Assembly: GCA_021783695.1 (NCBI GenBank)
Contig: JAJXTO010000012.1
Coordinates: 9,857-73,856 of the forward strand
Length of the DNA: 64,000 nt
Source of the DNA: Pseudomonadota bacterium
Lineage (GTDB): Bacteria; Pseudomonadota; Gammaproteobacteria; Burkholderiales; Burkholderiaceae_C
Reading direction: 5' to 3'
Both the position numbers and the translations under genes were made by a program. The notes below the pieces were generated by a model. That model had not been told where the DNA came from. It was given only the letters and a program-made list of their open reading frames with translations, and did not search any database. Positions 41,395 to 50,265 of the stretch are shown here, one piece after another. Every line of letters starts with the position of its first letter. The stretch's first letter is position 1.

Positions 41395-42687
41395 ATGAAA
41401 ACGCATGTCCTCCCCACATTACCTGGCCATCCGCAGATCGCCTATGTCGATCGCAGCCTGCACATCGAGCAGGCCAGCGCGACAGCGATCGCCGAGACGT
41501 TCGGCACACCGACCTATGTGTACTCGCGCACCGCGATCGAGCAGGCGGCCCGGCAATACATGGACGCCGCCTCCCGCAGCCCGGTGCAGGTGGCGCTGCG
41601 CTATGCGGTGAAAGCCAATTCCACACTGGCCGTGCTGCAGGTGCTGGCGCGCCTGGGATGGGGCTTCGACATTGTCTCCGGCGGTGAATTACAGCGCGTG
41701 CTGGCCGCTGGCGGCGAAGCCGGCAAAGTGGTGTTCTCCGGCGTGGGCAAGACTGCGGCGGAAATGCGCCTTGCGCTCGATGTCGGCGTGGAATGCTTCA
41801 ACCTGGAGTCGCCCAACGAGCTGGCCGTGCTCAACCGCGTGGCGCAGGAGGCGGGAAAGGTCGCGCGGGTGGCGCTGCGCGTCAATCCGGACGTGGACGC
41901 CGGAACGCATCCCTATATTTCCACCGGTCTGAAGAGCAACAAGTTTGGCATCGCCCAGGAGCAGGCGGTTGCGCTGGCGGTACAAACCGCGCTGCTGCCG
42001 CATGTGCGGCTGGTGGGCATTGCCAGCCATATCGGTTCGCAGATCACCTCGGTCGAGCCCTATATCGATGCGCTGGACAAGGTGCTCGATCTGGTGGAGG
42101 CCATGGAGCGCAAAGGCGCGCAGATCGAGCACATCGACCTCGGCGGCGGTCTGGGTATTCGCTACACCGATGAAGCGCCACCCTCCCCACAAGACTGGCT
42201 GGCGCCGCTGCTGGCACGCATTGCGGCGCGGGGCTTGGGTCATCGCACCGTGATGGTCGAGCCGGGCCGCTCCATCGTGGGCAATGCCGGGGTGCTGCTC
42301 ACACGCACCTTGTATTTGAAATCCACGCCGGCCAAGCATTTCGCCGTGGTCGACGCTGGCATGAACGACCTGATCCGCCCCGCGCTCTATGAGGCCGAGC
42401 AGGCCGTGGCGCCAGCGGAAGTGCGCGCGGGCCAGACGCTGCACTACGACATCGTCGGCCCGGTCTGCGAATCCGCCGACTGGCTGGTGCGCGACAGCGC
42501 CCTGGTGCTGGAAGAAGGTGATTTGCTCGCGGTGCTGTCCAGCGGCGCGTATGGCATGGTGATGGCGTCCAACTACAACAGCCGTGGCCGACCTGCGGAA
42601 GTGCTGGTCGATGGCGCAAGCACCTTCCTGATCCGTCCGCGCGAAGCCGTGGAACAGCTCTACGCCAGCGAGCGGCTGTTGCCCTGA
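41395..42687 (+). CDS. lysA: Diaminopimelate decarboxylase
   Basis: YAVKANS, FDIVSGGEL, HIGSQI, DLGGG, EPGR, GPVCES.D, SNYN.R. Confidence 0.97.
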   Translation: MKTHVLPTLPGHPQIAYVDRSLHIEQASATAIAETFGTPTYVYSRTAIEQAARQYMDAASRSPVQVALRYAVKANSTLAVLQVLARLGWGFDIVSGGELQRVLAAGGEAGKVVFSGVGKTAAEMRLALDVGVECFNLESPNELAVLNRVAQEAGKVARVALRVNPDVDAGTHPYISTGLKSNKFGIAQEQAVALAVQTALLPHVRLVGIASHIGSQITSVEPYIDALDKVLDLVEAMERKGAQIEHIDLGGGLGIRYTDEAPPSPQDWLAPLLARIAARGLGHRTVMVEPGRSIVGNAGVLLTRTLYLKSTPAKHFAVVDAGMNDLIRPALYEAEQAVAPAEVRAGQTLHYDIVGPVCESADWLVRDSALVLEEGDLLAVLSSGAYGMVMASNYNSRGRPAEVLVDGASTFLIRPREAVEQLYASERLLP

Positions 42688-43364
42688 TTGTTGCCCTGAC
42701 CCTCGGCGGTCTGACTCTGTCGCGCCTGCGCCCGCCGCGCCTGCGCCGCACGCCAGGCCCACCACAGCCGCAGCACCAGCAGCAGCGCAAGAATGAGGGC
42801 ATAGACCGTGGGACTGGCGGTGTTGTTCTTCGCCAGCTTGCCCCACCAGAAGTGGAACACCGCCACGACGCCAACCCCATACACCAGACGGTGCAGGCGC
42901 TGCCAGCGCTTCGCGCCAAGGCGCTTGATCATGCCGTTGGTCGAGGTCAGCGCCAGCGGCGTCATCAGCGCCAGAGCCGTCATCCCGGCGAGCACGAAGG
43001 GATGTTTGGCAATGTCGCGCAACGCCATGTCCACACTGAAGCCATTGACCAGTCCCAGCCACGCGGTGAAATGCAGCGCGGCATAGAAAAACACGAACAG
43101 CCCGAACATGCGGCGAAAGCGCGCCAGTTCCGCCCAGCCCGTGAATTTGCGCAGCGGGGTGATGGCCAGGGTGAGCAGCAGCAGACGCAGCGCCCACAAG
43201 CCGGTCGTCCAGATCACGGTTTGCTCCGGATTCGGCCCCAGATCGTTCGTCCAGCCGCGCCAGAACAGACTGGCGATCGGCAGCAGACAGAGCGCGAACA
43301 GCAGCGGCTTGACGGCCTTGAGGCGCAAGAAGCGACGCGCCAAAGACGGCGTTGACGCGCGCAT
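42660..43364 (-). CDS. msrQ: Heme-binding membrane subunit MsrQ
   Basis: TG.WAL, RRMFGL..FFYA.LH, PLALTS, W.RLHRLVY. Confidence 0.93.
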   Translation of the reverse strand: MRASTPSLARRFLRLKAVKPLLFALCLLPIASLFWRGWTNDLGPNPEQTVIWTTGLWALRLLLLTLAITPLRKFTGWAELARFRRMFGLFVFFYAALHFTAWLGLVNGFSVDMALRDIAKHPFVLAGMTALALMTPLALTSTNGMIKRLGAKRWQRLHRLVYGVGVVAVFHFWWGKLAKNNTASPTVYALILALLLVLRLWWAWRAAQARRAQARQSQTAEGQGNNQGNSRSLA

Positions 43365-43369
43365 GATGT

Positions 43370-44380
43370 TCAGAAGAACTTGCTCAGGTTCATGCCCTGA
43401 TACAGACTGGCGACCTGGGCGCCGTAGCCGTTGAACAGTTGCGTGGGCACACGCGGCGCAAACAGGCCGCCGAACGCCCCGCCCTGCCCGATCATGCGCT
43501 CGTTGGACTGGCTCCAGTTCTGCGGACTGACGTCGGGATTGACGTTGGAATAGAAGCCATACCACTGCGGCACGGCGCGCATCCACGAGGTGACCGGCTG
43601 CTTTTCCACCAGCCGGATCTTGACGATGGACTTGCCGCCCTTGAAGCCGTACTTCCAGGGAATGATCATGCGCATTGGCGCACCGTCCTGGTTGGGCAGC
43701 ACCTCGCCGTACAGACCAAAGGTGAGCAAAGTCAGTGGGTGCATGGCCTCATCCATGCGCAGGCCTTCGAGATAGGGCCACTGCAGGATGGGGTCGTTCT
43801 GGCCGGGCATCTCCGCCGGATCGAGCAGGGTGATGTATTCGACATACTTGGCATTGCCCGTGGGCTCGACGGCCTTGAGCAAGTGCGAAAGTGAATAACC
43901 CAGCCACGGCACCACCATGGCCCAGCCTTCGACGCAGCGGTGGCGATAGATGCGCTCTTCCATCGGCGCGAGCTTGAGCAGATCGTCGATGCCGAAGGTG
44001 CGCGGTTTGCGCACCTCGCCCTCCACCACCACAGTCCAAGGACGGGTTTTCAGGCTCCCGGCATGCTGCGACGGATCACTCTTGCCGGTGCCGAATTCGT
44101 AGAAATTGTTGTACGTGACGATGTCTTTGTAGGGCGTCGGCGTTTGCGTGGTCGACAGCGCCGTGTTCTTTTGCGCCGCCAGCCCTGCCAGCTTGCCCGG
44201 CGCGGGCTGGCCGCCCCCCGACGGCACCGCCTGCGCATGACGCGCGGTCAGCGCCGCCACGCCCGCCGCCGCGCCCACTCCTGCAGCAGCGAGGAAATGG
44301 CGACGATCCTTGTAGATTTCCTTCGGCGTAATGTCCGATGCCTTGGGATGCTCGAATCCCTGTTCCTGACGTTGACTCAT
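43370..44380 (-). CDS. msrP: Periplasmic methionine sulfoxide reductase MsrP
   Basis: Tat RRHFL, YNNFYEFG, RCVEGW, GLRMDEAMHPL, PWKYGFK. Confidence 0.95.
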   Translation of the reverse strand: MSQRQEQGFEHPKASDITPKEIYKDRRHFLAAAGVGAAAGVAALTARHAQAVPSGGGQPAPGKLAGLAAQKNTALSTTQTPTPYKDIVTYNNFYEFGTGKSDPSQHAGSLKTRPWTVVVEGEVRKPRTFGIDDLLKLAPMEERIYRHRCVEGWAMVVPWLGYSLSHLLKAVEPTGNAKYVEYITLLDPAEMPGQNDPILQWPYLEGLRMDEAMHPLTLLTFGLYGEVLPNQDGAPMRMIIPWKYGFKGGKSIVKIRLVEKQPVTSWMRAVPQWYGFYSNVNPDVSPQNWSQSNERMIGQGGAFGGLFAPRVPTQLFNGYGAQVASLYQGMNLSKFF

Positions 44381-44556
44381 CGCTGCGCTCCTGCTGAAAT
44401 CGGTTGGCACCCCGGGATCCTCTGCCTGTGTCGATAGACTGGCATTCCTGCGGATTTATTCCTTCGTTGCCGTTTGGTCGCCACACTGTGCCAAACCTTA
44501 CAGCGCATTCGCATTCCTGCTTTCAGACAGGGGCTTCCTCCCAACACTTGAGCGCA

Positions 44557-44586
44557 ACAAAAAAAGCCCCGAAGGGCCTTTTTTGT
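44557..44586 (-). terminator. Intrinsic terminator after ccsB (probably bidirectional)
   Basis: Minus strand AAAAAAGGCCC-TTCG-GGGCTTTTTTT. Confidence 0.85.
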
Positions 44587-44601
44587 GGGTGCAATCGCGC
44601 C

Positions 44602-46065
44602 TCAAAGCTTGCCGTAAGAGTGCAGCCCGGAGAGAAACATGTTCACTCCAAGGAAGGCGAAGGTGGTGACCAGCAGCCCGGTCAGTGCCCACCACGCGGC
44701 GACCTGTCCACGCAGACCCTTGATGAGGCGCATGTGCAGCCAGGCGGCGTAGTTCAGCCAGACGATCAGCGCCCAGGTCTCTTTCGGGTCCCAGCTCCAG
44801 TAGCCGCCCCAGGCCTCGGCCGCCCACAAGGCGCCCAGAATGGTGGCGATGGTGAAGAAGGTGAAGCCGATGGCGATGGACTTGTACATCACGTCATCCA
44901 TCACTTCAAGCGAGGGCAGATGGGAGGCGATGCGCTGACGGCCATACAGAATACCGGCCACAATGATTGCCGAAATACCGGCGAATACGCCCCAGTACTC
45001 GGAGATACCGCCCTGACGGAACACCAGCGGCTCGAAAAACATGACGAAGCCGATGAGCCACAGCGGCGTGAGCTTCCACATGGAGGTCTCGTTCGCATGC
45101 GTCTTGATGAGGTAGGCGAAGCCGACCATGGCCGCGATGGCGAAGGTGCCATAGCCAATGAAGTTGGCGGGAACGTGCAGCTTCATCCACCAGCTTTGCA
45201 GCGCAGGCACCAGCGGCTGGATTTCGTAGGCGTTCTGCACCATGCTGTACCACAGCAGGAAGCCCACCGCCGCGCTGACCACCAGCATGGCAAACGCACC
45301 CATGCTGCGGGTCTTGTATTTCTGTTCGAAATACAGATAAAGGATGGTGGTCAGCCAGGAGAACAGCACGAACACTTCGTACAGGTTGGACAGCGGGATG
45401 TGCCCGATATCCGGCCCGATCTGGTAGCTCTCGAACCAGCGCATCATGGTGCCGACCAGCGCCATGGTGATGCCTACCCACGCCAGACGCGAACCGAAAT
45501 ACTGCGAGAAGTTGGACTGCCAGCCCTTGGCGTCACGCACCATGCCGTCACCGCCGCCAGCCATCGCGCCGCCACCGGTGGCCAGCGCCATTCCAGCTGC
45601 CGTGTTCTGCGAGGGGCCGGTGAACATGCCGAACCAGTAGGCCGCCGTGCTCAGGAACAGCAGGAAAGCCATCCAGAGAATCGCGGACTGGCTGGCGAGG
45701 AAGTATTTGAGAAAAAACACCTGTTCGCTTCGGGCCAGCACCGGCTGCCCACTCGGACCCTGATAAAGCCAGATACCGAACAGCGACAGGCCAGTGACGA
45801 CGAGGGCCAGATTCTTGATGGCCGTCCAGCCCCAGCCGAGGAACATCAACGCGGTGGTCGCCCCCAGGAAAATGAGTTTGACGTAGTAATTCATGTTCTG
45901 GCCGAACTGGCTCAGGACATAAGCATCACCGCCGACGATCAGTAGCAGAAAGATCCAGTCATACACGGAACGCCGGCGCAAGTAAGCACCGATGCCGTTC
46001 TGGCGCGGAGGTTCCGAACTCTTGGAGTTCAGTGGCAAGCTATGGGATTTGCTGGCAAGTTCCAT
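44602..46065 (-). CDS. ccsB: System II cytochrome c biogenesis protein with WWD domain (CcsB/ResC/CcsA)
   Basis: GHIPLSNLYE, PALQSWW..LHV, WGGYWSWDPKETW, GLHSY. Confidence 0.95.
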   Translation of the reverse strand: MELASKSHSLPLNSKSSEPPRQNGIGAYLRRRSVYDWIFLLLIVGGDAYVLSQFGQNMNYYVKLIFLGATTALMFLGWGWTAIKNLALVVTGLSLFGIWLYQGPSGQPVLARSEQVFFLKYFLASQSAILWMAFLLFLSTAAYWFGMFTGPSQNTAAGMALATGGGAMAGGGDGMVRDAKGWQSNFSQYFGSRLAWVGITMALVGTMMRWFESYQIGPDIGHIPLSNLYEVFVLFSWLTTILYLYFEQKYKTRSMGAFAMLVVSAAVGFLLWYSMVQNAYEIQPLVPALQSWWMKLHVPANFIGYGTFAIAAMVGFAYLIKTHANETSMWKLTPLWLIGFVMFFEPLVFRQGGISEYWGVFAGISAIIVAGILYGRQRIASHLPSLEVMDDVMYKSIAIGFTFFTIATILGALWAAEAWGGYWSWDPKETWALIVWLNYAAWLHMRLIKGLRGQVAAWWALTGLLVTTFAFLGVNMFLSGLHSYGKL

Positions 46066-46078
46066 GGCGGGTCCCTAT

Positions 46079-48298
46079 TCAGGTCGAGGCAGTGTCCGGC
46101 GTTTGTGCATTCGCCGGGTCGGTTGATGCTACGCCCAGACTGGCTGTGCGCAGTGTTTCAAATTCCTTCTTGTATTCCATGGTGCGACGGTTGGTGCTCA
46201 TGGCCATGAGGGTGTCGCTGCCGCCGTCTTTCCGGTCTTTCACCAGGAACCAGACCCGGCGTTCACGGATGTACAACATGGCAAACACCCCGAGGATGAG
46301 CAACACCGCGCCGGTATAGACCACAACCTTGCCTGGGGCCCGCGCCACCTGGAAGATGCTGGCCTGCACCTGCTTGTAGTTGGTCATCTGCAGATAGAGT
46401 GGCGACGGATAGAAGAACGTGTCGGACAGGGCCAGCACGGCCGAGTCGAAGAATTTCTCATGCGCCGGGTCTTGCGCCGCCGGCTTCTGACCATTGCTTT
46501 CGCGGCTGATCTGCCAGAGCTGCCACAAGGTGCCGTTCAGGATGCGCACGAACACATCGGACGCCTGCTGCTGCTTGTCCTGCGGCACTGCGGCCTCGAG
46601 GTACTGTGCCAGCGCGGGCAGGCCGCCCGGTGCAGCCACCACCGGCTTGCCGGTCTTGGGATCGCTGGGAATTTCCCCGGCAAAAATATCCAGGGTGCGG
46701 CTGGCCGTCACCATCAGCTGGTTTTTCAGCTCGGCGGTGGCATCTGGCGGCAGCGAGGCGGCCACATATTGGGCTGCAGCCTGTTCCCGGTCCTTGGCGT
46801 TGAACAGCGCGGCGCGCAGGTGCATCCAGCCGTCGATCGAATCGTTGCCGTCGGCCGGAATGCGCATGTATTTGTAGCCGACATCCAGCGAGCCACGCTC
46901 ACCGGCGAGGAACACTTTCTCCCCGTTGAGCTCGACTGGCAGCATGTAATTGAAATACTCGTGCGCCTGGCCCGAAGCGTCACGGATTTTGTAAATCACC
47001 GCGGGACCGATGTTCTGCAGATGGCGTTCCCCTGGTGCAGCAACCGGCGCGCCCAGGTGACGGTCGAAGCCGGACATGAAGGATTGCTCCTTGGGCTTGA
47101 CACCGGTCATCTGCGTCGGGCTCATGTCCTGCACGTTGAAAATGCGCAGTTCGCTGAACTCGACCTGCAGGCTTTGCGCGCCATTGCTGAGTTGACGGTC
47201 CGTACCCACGGTGCCGTTGAGATCGAAAGTCTTGTCGCTCGGGCCGTGCATCGGCCAGGCCTTGAGGAACAGTTCCGACCCACCATCGGCGAAGCCGGAC
47301 TGAAAGATGGTGACGCCGTCATAGGTCAGCGGGTGATTGACCTCGATCTTCGCCGGGAAACTCTTGCCGTTGCGCGGGTCGGTAATCACCACATCGCTGG
47401 CGAACAGCCGCGGCATGCCGGTGGAATAAAAGTCGATATTGAACTTCTTGAGGTGGATCTCGAACGGCAGGGGCTGCAGCAGCACGCCATCGCCCATGGT
47501 GAGCACGGCCATATTGGATTCGCCGCCATCCGGTATCTGCAGGTTGCCACGGAAGGTCGGGTTGTGCACCGACAGCTTGTTGATCTCGGGCACCTGAGAC
47601 ACCAGCATGTTGGACTTGAGCGGCTCCTTGCCGAACATCCACATCTGCGCCTTGATCATCATGTCGCCATCGAACAGCGCGCCCACGCAGATCAACACGA
47701 AGGCCGCATGCGCCAGCACATAGCCCACACGGTTGATGCCGCCCGTCTTGGCCGCAATCATGGTGGCGCCCGCCCCACCCTCCTGCGCGGCCGGACGCTC
47801 TTGCAGCTTGAACTTGTAGCCGTGGCTGCGCATGACGCCGGTAATGTGCTCGACCGTCGCGGCGCGGCCATTGGTAAATACCGCCTCGCCACGCTCATGG
47901 AAGTGGCGCATGCTTTGCTCACGCACCCCTTCCTTGTAGGTTTTCAGGTCGGTGACGATCTTGGGGGTATTGCGAATCAGGCACAGGCTGGTGGACACCA
48001 CCAGGAAGGTCAGGATGAGCAGGAACCACCAGGAGGAATAGACGTTGTACAGCTCAAACTTGCGAAACACCTCGGCCCAGAACGGGCCGAACTGGTTGAT
48101 GTAGTTGTTGTACGGCTGCCCTTGCGTGAGCACGGTGCCGATGATGCTGGCCACAGCCACGATGACCAGCAGCGCGATGGCAAAGCGCATCGACGACAGC
48201 AGCTCGACGAAGGCGCGCCAGGCCCGCGACCCATGCTGCAATTCCCAGCCGGATGTGCTCAAAGACGTGTTGGGAACTGGAGAGGGTGTGGCGGACAT
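46079..48298 (-). CDS. resB: System II cytochrome c biogenesis protein ResB
   Basis: LSSMRFAI.LL...ASIIGT, VYSSWWF, conserved His in the TM region, VNHPL.Y.G..IFQS. Confidence 0.93.
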   Translation of the reverse strand: MSATPSPVPNTSLSTSGWELQHGSRAWRAFVELLSSMRFAIALLVIVAVASIIGTVLTQGQPYNNYINQFGPFWAEVFRKFELYNVYSSWWFLLILTFLVVSTSLCLIRNTPKIVTDLKTYKEGVREQSMRHFHERGEAVFTNGRAATVEHITGVMRSHGYKFKLQERPAAQEGGAGATMIAAKTGGINRVGYVLAHAAFVLICVGALFDGDMMIKAQMWMFGKEPLKSNMLVSQVPEINKLSVHNPTFRGNLQIPDGGESNMAVLTMGDGVLLQPLPFEIHLKKFNIDFYSTGMPRLFASDVVITDPRNGKSFPAKIEVNHPLTYDGVTIFQSGFADGGSELFLKAWPMHGPSDKTFDLNGTVGTDRQLSNGAQSLQVEFSELRIFNVQDMSPTQMTGVKPKEQSFMSGFDRHLGAPVAAPGERHLQNIGPAVIYKIRDASGQAHEYFNYMLPVELNGEKVFLAGERGSLDVGYKYMRIPADGNDSIDGWMHLRAALFNAKDREQAAAQYVAASLPPDATAELKNQLMVTASRTLDIFAGEIPSDPKTGKPVVAAPGGLPALAQYLEAAVPQDKQQQASDVFVRILNGTLWQLWQISRESNGQKPAAQDPAHEKFFDSAVLALSDTFFYPSPLYLQMTNYKQVQASIFQVARAPGKVVVYTGAVLLILGVFAMLYIRERRVWFLVKDRKDGGSDTLMAMSTNRRTMEYKKEFETLRTASLGVASTDPANAQTPDTAST

Positions 48299-48728
48299 AG
48301 AGAATGAAAGCGGGGCGGAACAAACGGGCCTGGACTCTGGGCTGCGCAAACGCAAGTGCGGAAACGATGCAGACAGTGCGAACCGAGCGCAGGTAGACGG
48401 TTAACCGCGGAAAACGGGCTGCGCCAGAACAAAGCCACAAAGACTCGAACCAGTGTGCGGAACACTGCGGAAAGGTTCACAAAGACAATCGGCAACAGGC
48501 GCGGAAAACATGAATGAATCAACGAACCAATATAACAAAACGGAAAAACCTCAATTTTGACTTTTCACAGCACCAAAGTGCGAGCAGTCCGGGAGCAATC
48601 GGCAGGATTTCATGATTCGGTCCGCGCGGCGGGTTCACCGCGGCACTGCCGACAACCCTTTGTCTTGCCGTGAGAAAGAGCGTTCCCTGCGCCGGAAAGT
48701 TCCAGTAACAATGCGTATCGGCGGCGAT

Positions 48729-49448
48729 TCAGCGCGCCGTTTCCGACGGTGCGCGCAGCCCGGCGGCGTAATTCGCCACCGCGGCGATCTGCTTGTCGGT
48801 CATGCGCGAGGCGATATCGTGCATTTCCGGGCTGTTGGTGCGGCGGTCGTTGCGGAACATCTGCAGCTCGGTTTCCAGATAACCCTGCCACTGCCCGCCG
48901 ATACGGGGGTAACGCGACGGCATGCCCGCGCCACCCGGCCCGTGGCAGGACGCGCAGGCCGGCACGGCACGGTCGGGGATGCCGGCCATCCAGATGGATG
49001 CACCGAGTTTGAGCTCTTTCTTGTCGGCAAACGCCACGCCGGGCTTGAAGGTCTGGCGGCTGTAATACAGCGCCACGTCGCGGATCTGCTGTTCCGTCAA
49101 TGGGGCGGCCATGCCATTCATGATGGCGTTGATCCGCGCCGGGTGTTTGGCGCCCTTGGCGATGCGGTAGTCGTGCAACTGCTTGACGATGTAATCGGCA
49201 TGTTGTCCGGCCAGCTTGGGGAATTCAGTGGAGCTTGCATTGCCGTCTATGCCGTGGCAGGCCGCGCAGGTTTGCGCCACCTTGGCACCGGCCTGCAGTT
49301 GCGCGGGGCCTGGCGTGGGAAAGGACGACTCCATCGCGCTGGAGGCGGCGGCCGCGGGTGGGGCGCCGGCGGCCCACGACGCGGCAGGCAACAGGAACAA
49401 ACCGGCAAGACTCAGGGTGAGGCGCACAGCAACCGTCGTGGTGGGCAT
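48729..49448 (-). CDS. Diheme cytochrome c4
   Basis: Signal peptide, CAACH and CASCH, P.LAGQ...Y..KQL; divergent from engB. Confidence 0.93.
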   Translation of the reverse strand: MPTTTVAVRLTLSLAGLFLLPAASWAAGAPPAAAASSAMESSFPTPGPAQLQAGAKVAQTCAACHGIDGNASSTEFPKLAGQHADYIVKQLHDYRIAKGAKHPARINAIMNGMAAPLTEQQIRDVALYYSRQTFKPGVAFADKKELKLGASIWMAGIPDRAVPACASCHGPGGAGMPSRYPRIGGQWQGYLETELQMFRNDRRTNSPEMHDIASRMTDKQIAAVANYAAGLRAPSETAR

Positions 49449-49548
49449 GAATGGCAATCCATCAGAAATTAGCCAGGCGGAACAAACAGCGACAATGCAC
49501 TAGCTAGCTTGATTTCACAAGATGGCGCATCCTACCGATACATAAGTC

Positions 49549-50265
49549 ATGGCGAATATAGGGAATTCCAGCAGGTCAGCGCCTCCGGTGCGGTTCAGCC
49601 CGCTGCTGCATAGCGCGCGGTTCATGGTGACCAGCTCGTCCATGGACAATCTTCCGCTCACCGGTCTGCCGGAAATCGCCTTTGTCGGGCGCTCGAACGC
49701 TGGAAAATCCACCGCGATCAATACGCTGTGCCAGCAGCGCCAGCTTGCCTTTGCCTCCAAGACGCCGGGGCGCACCCAGCACATCAATTTTTTCGCCGTC
49801 GGGCCGAAGGACAAACCCAGCGGGCTGCTGGTCGATCTGCCGGGCTACGGCTATGCGGCTGTGGCGAAAACCGACAAAAAGCGCTGGCAGCTTTTTCTGG
49901 CGCAATACCTGGCCGAGCGCGGGCCGCTGGTGGGGTTGATCCTGCTGGCCGATTCGCGCCTCGGACTGACCGACATCGACTTGTCCCTGCTCGAATTCAT
50001 GGCGCCGGCCAGCGTGCCGCTGCATGTGCTGCTGACCAAGTCGGACAAGCTCAACCGGCAGGAAGGCCAGCGGGCGGCGCAGGCGGCGCGCGACCAGCTC
50101 GCGCAACATGCGCAGGCGGTGGGGATGACGGCGCCGATTTCGCTGCAGTTGTTTTCCGCCACCAAGCTGACGGGCATCGAGGCGGCGTCGCAACTCATCG
50201 AGAGCTGGCTGGCGGAGCATCGCGCGCCGCCGCAGGCCGCCAGCCCCGATGCCGCCGAGGCCTGA
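49549..50265 (+). CDS. engB: Ribosome biogenesis GTPase YihA/EngB
   Basis: GRSNAGKS, SKTPGRT, DLPGYGY, TKSD. Confidence 0.95.
   Translation: MANIGNSSRSAPPVRFSPLLHSARFMVTSSSMDNLPLTGLPEIAFVGRSNAGKSTAINTLCQQRQLAFASKTPGRTQHINFFAVGPKDKPSGLLVDLPGYGYAAVAKTDKKRWQLFLAQYLAERGPLVGLILLADSRLGLTDIDLSLLEFMAPASVPLHVLLTKSDKLNRQEGQRAAQAARDQLAQHAQAVGMTAPISLQLFSATKLTGIEAASQLIESWLAEHRAPPQAASPDAAEA

Noticed and set aside
42660-42687. 28-nt convergent overlap of lysA and msrQ
   Set aside because: Short tail overlaps are common; no evidence of function.
48300-48728. Long intergenic region upstream of resB as a possible ncRNA or small ORF
   Set aside because: No recognisable RNA family, terminator or credible ORF; probably promoter sequence.
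49510-49523. FNR-like TTGAT half-site between cytochrome c4 and engB
   Set aside because: The second half does not match ATCAA.
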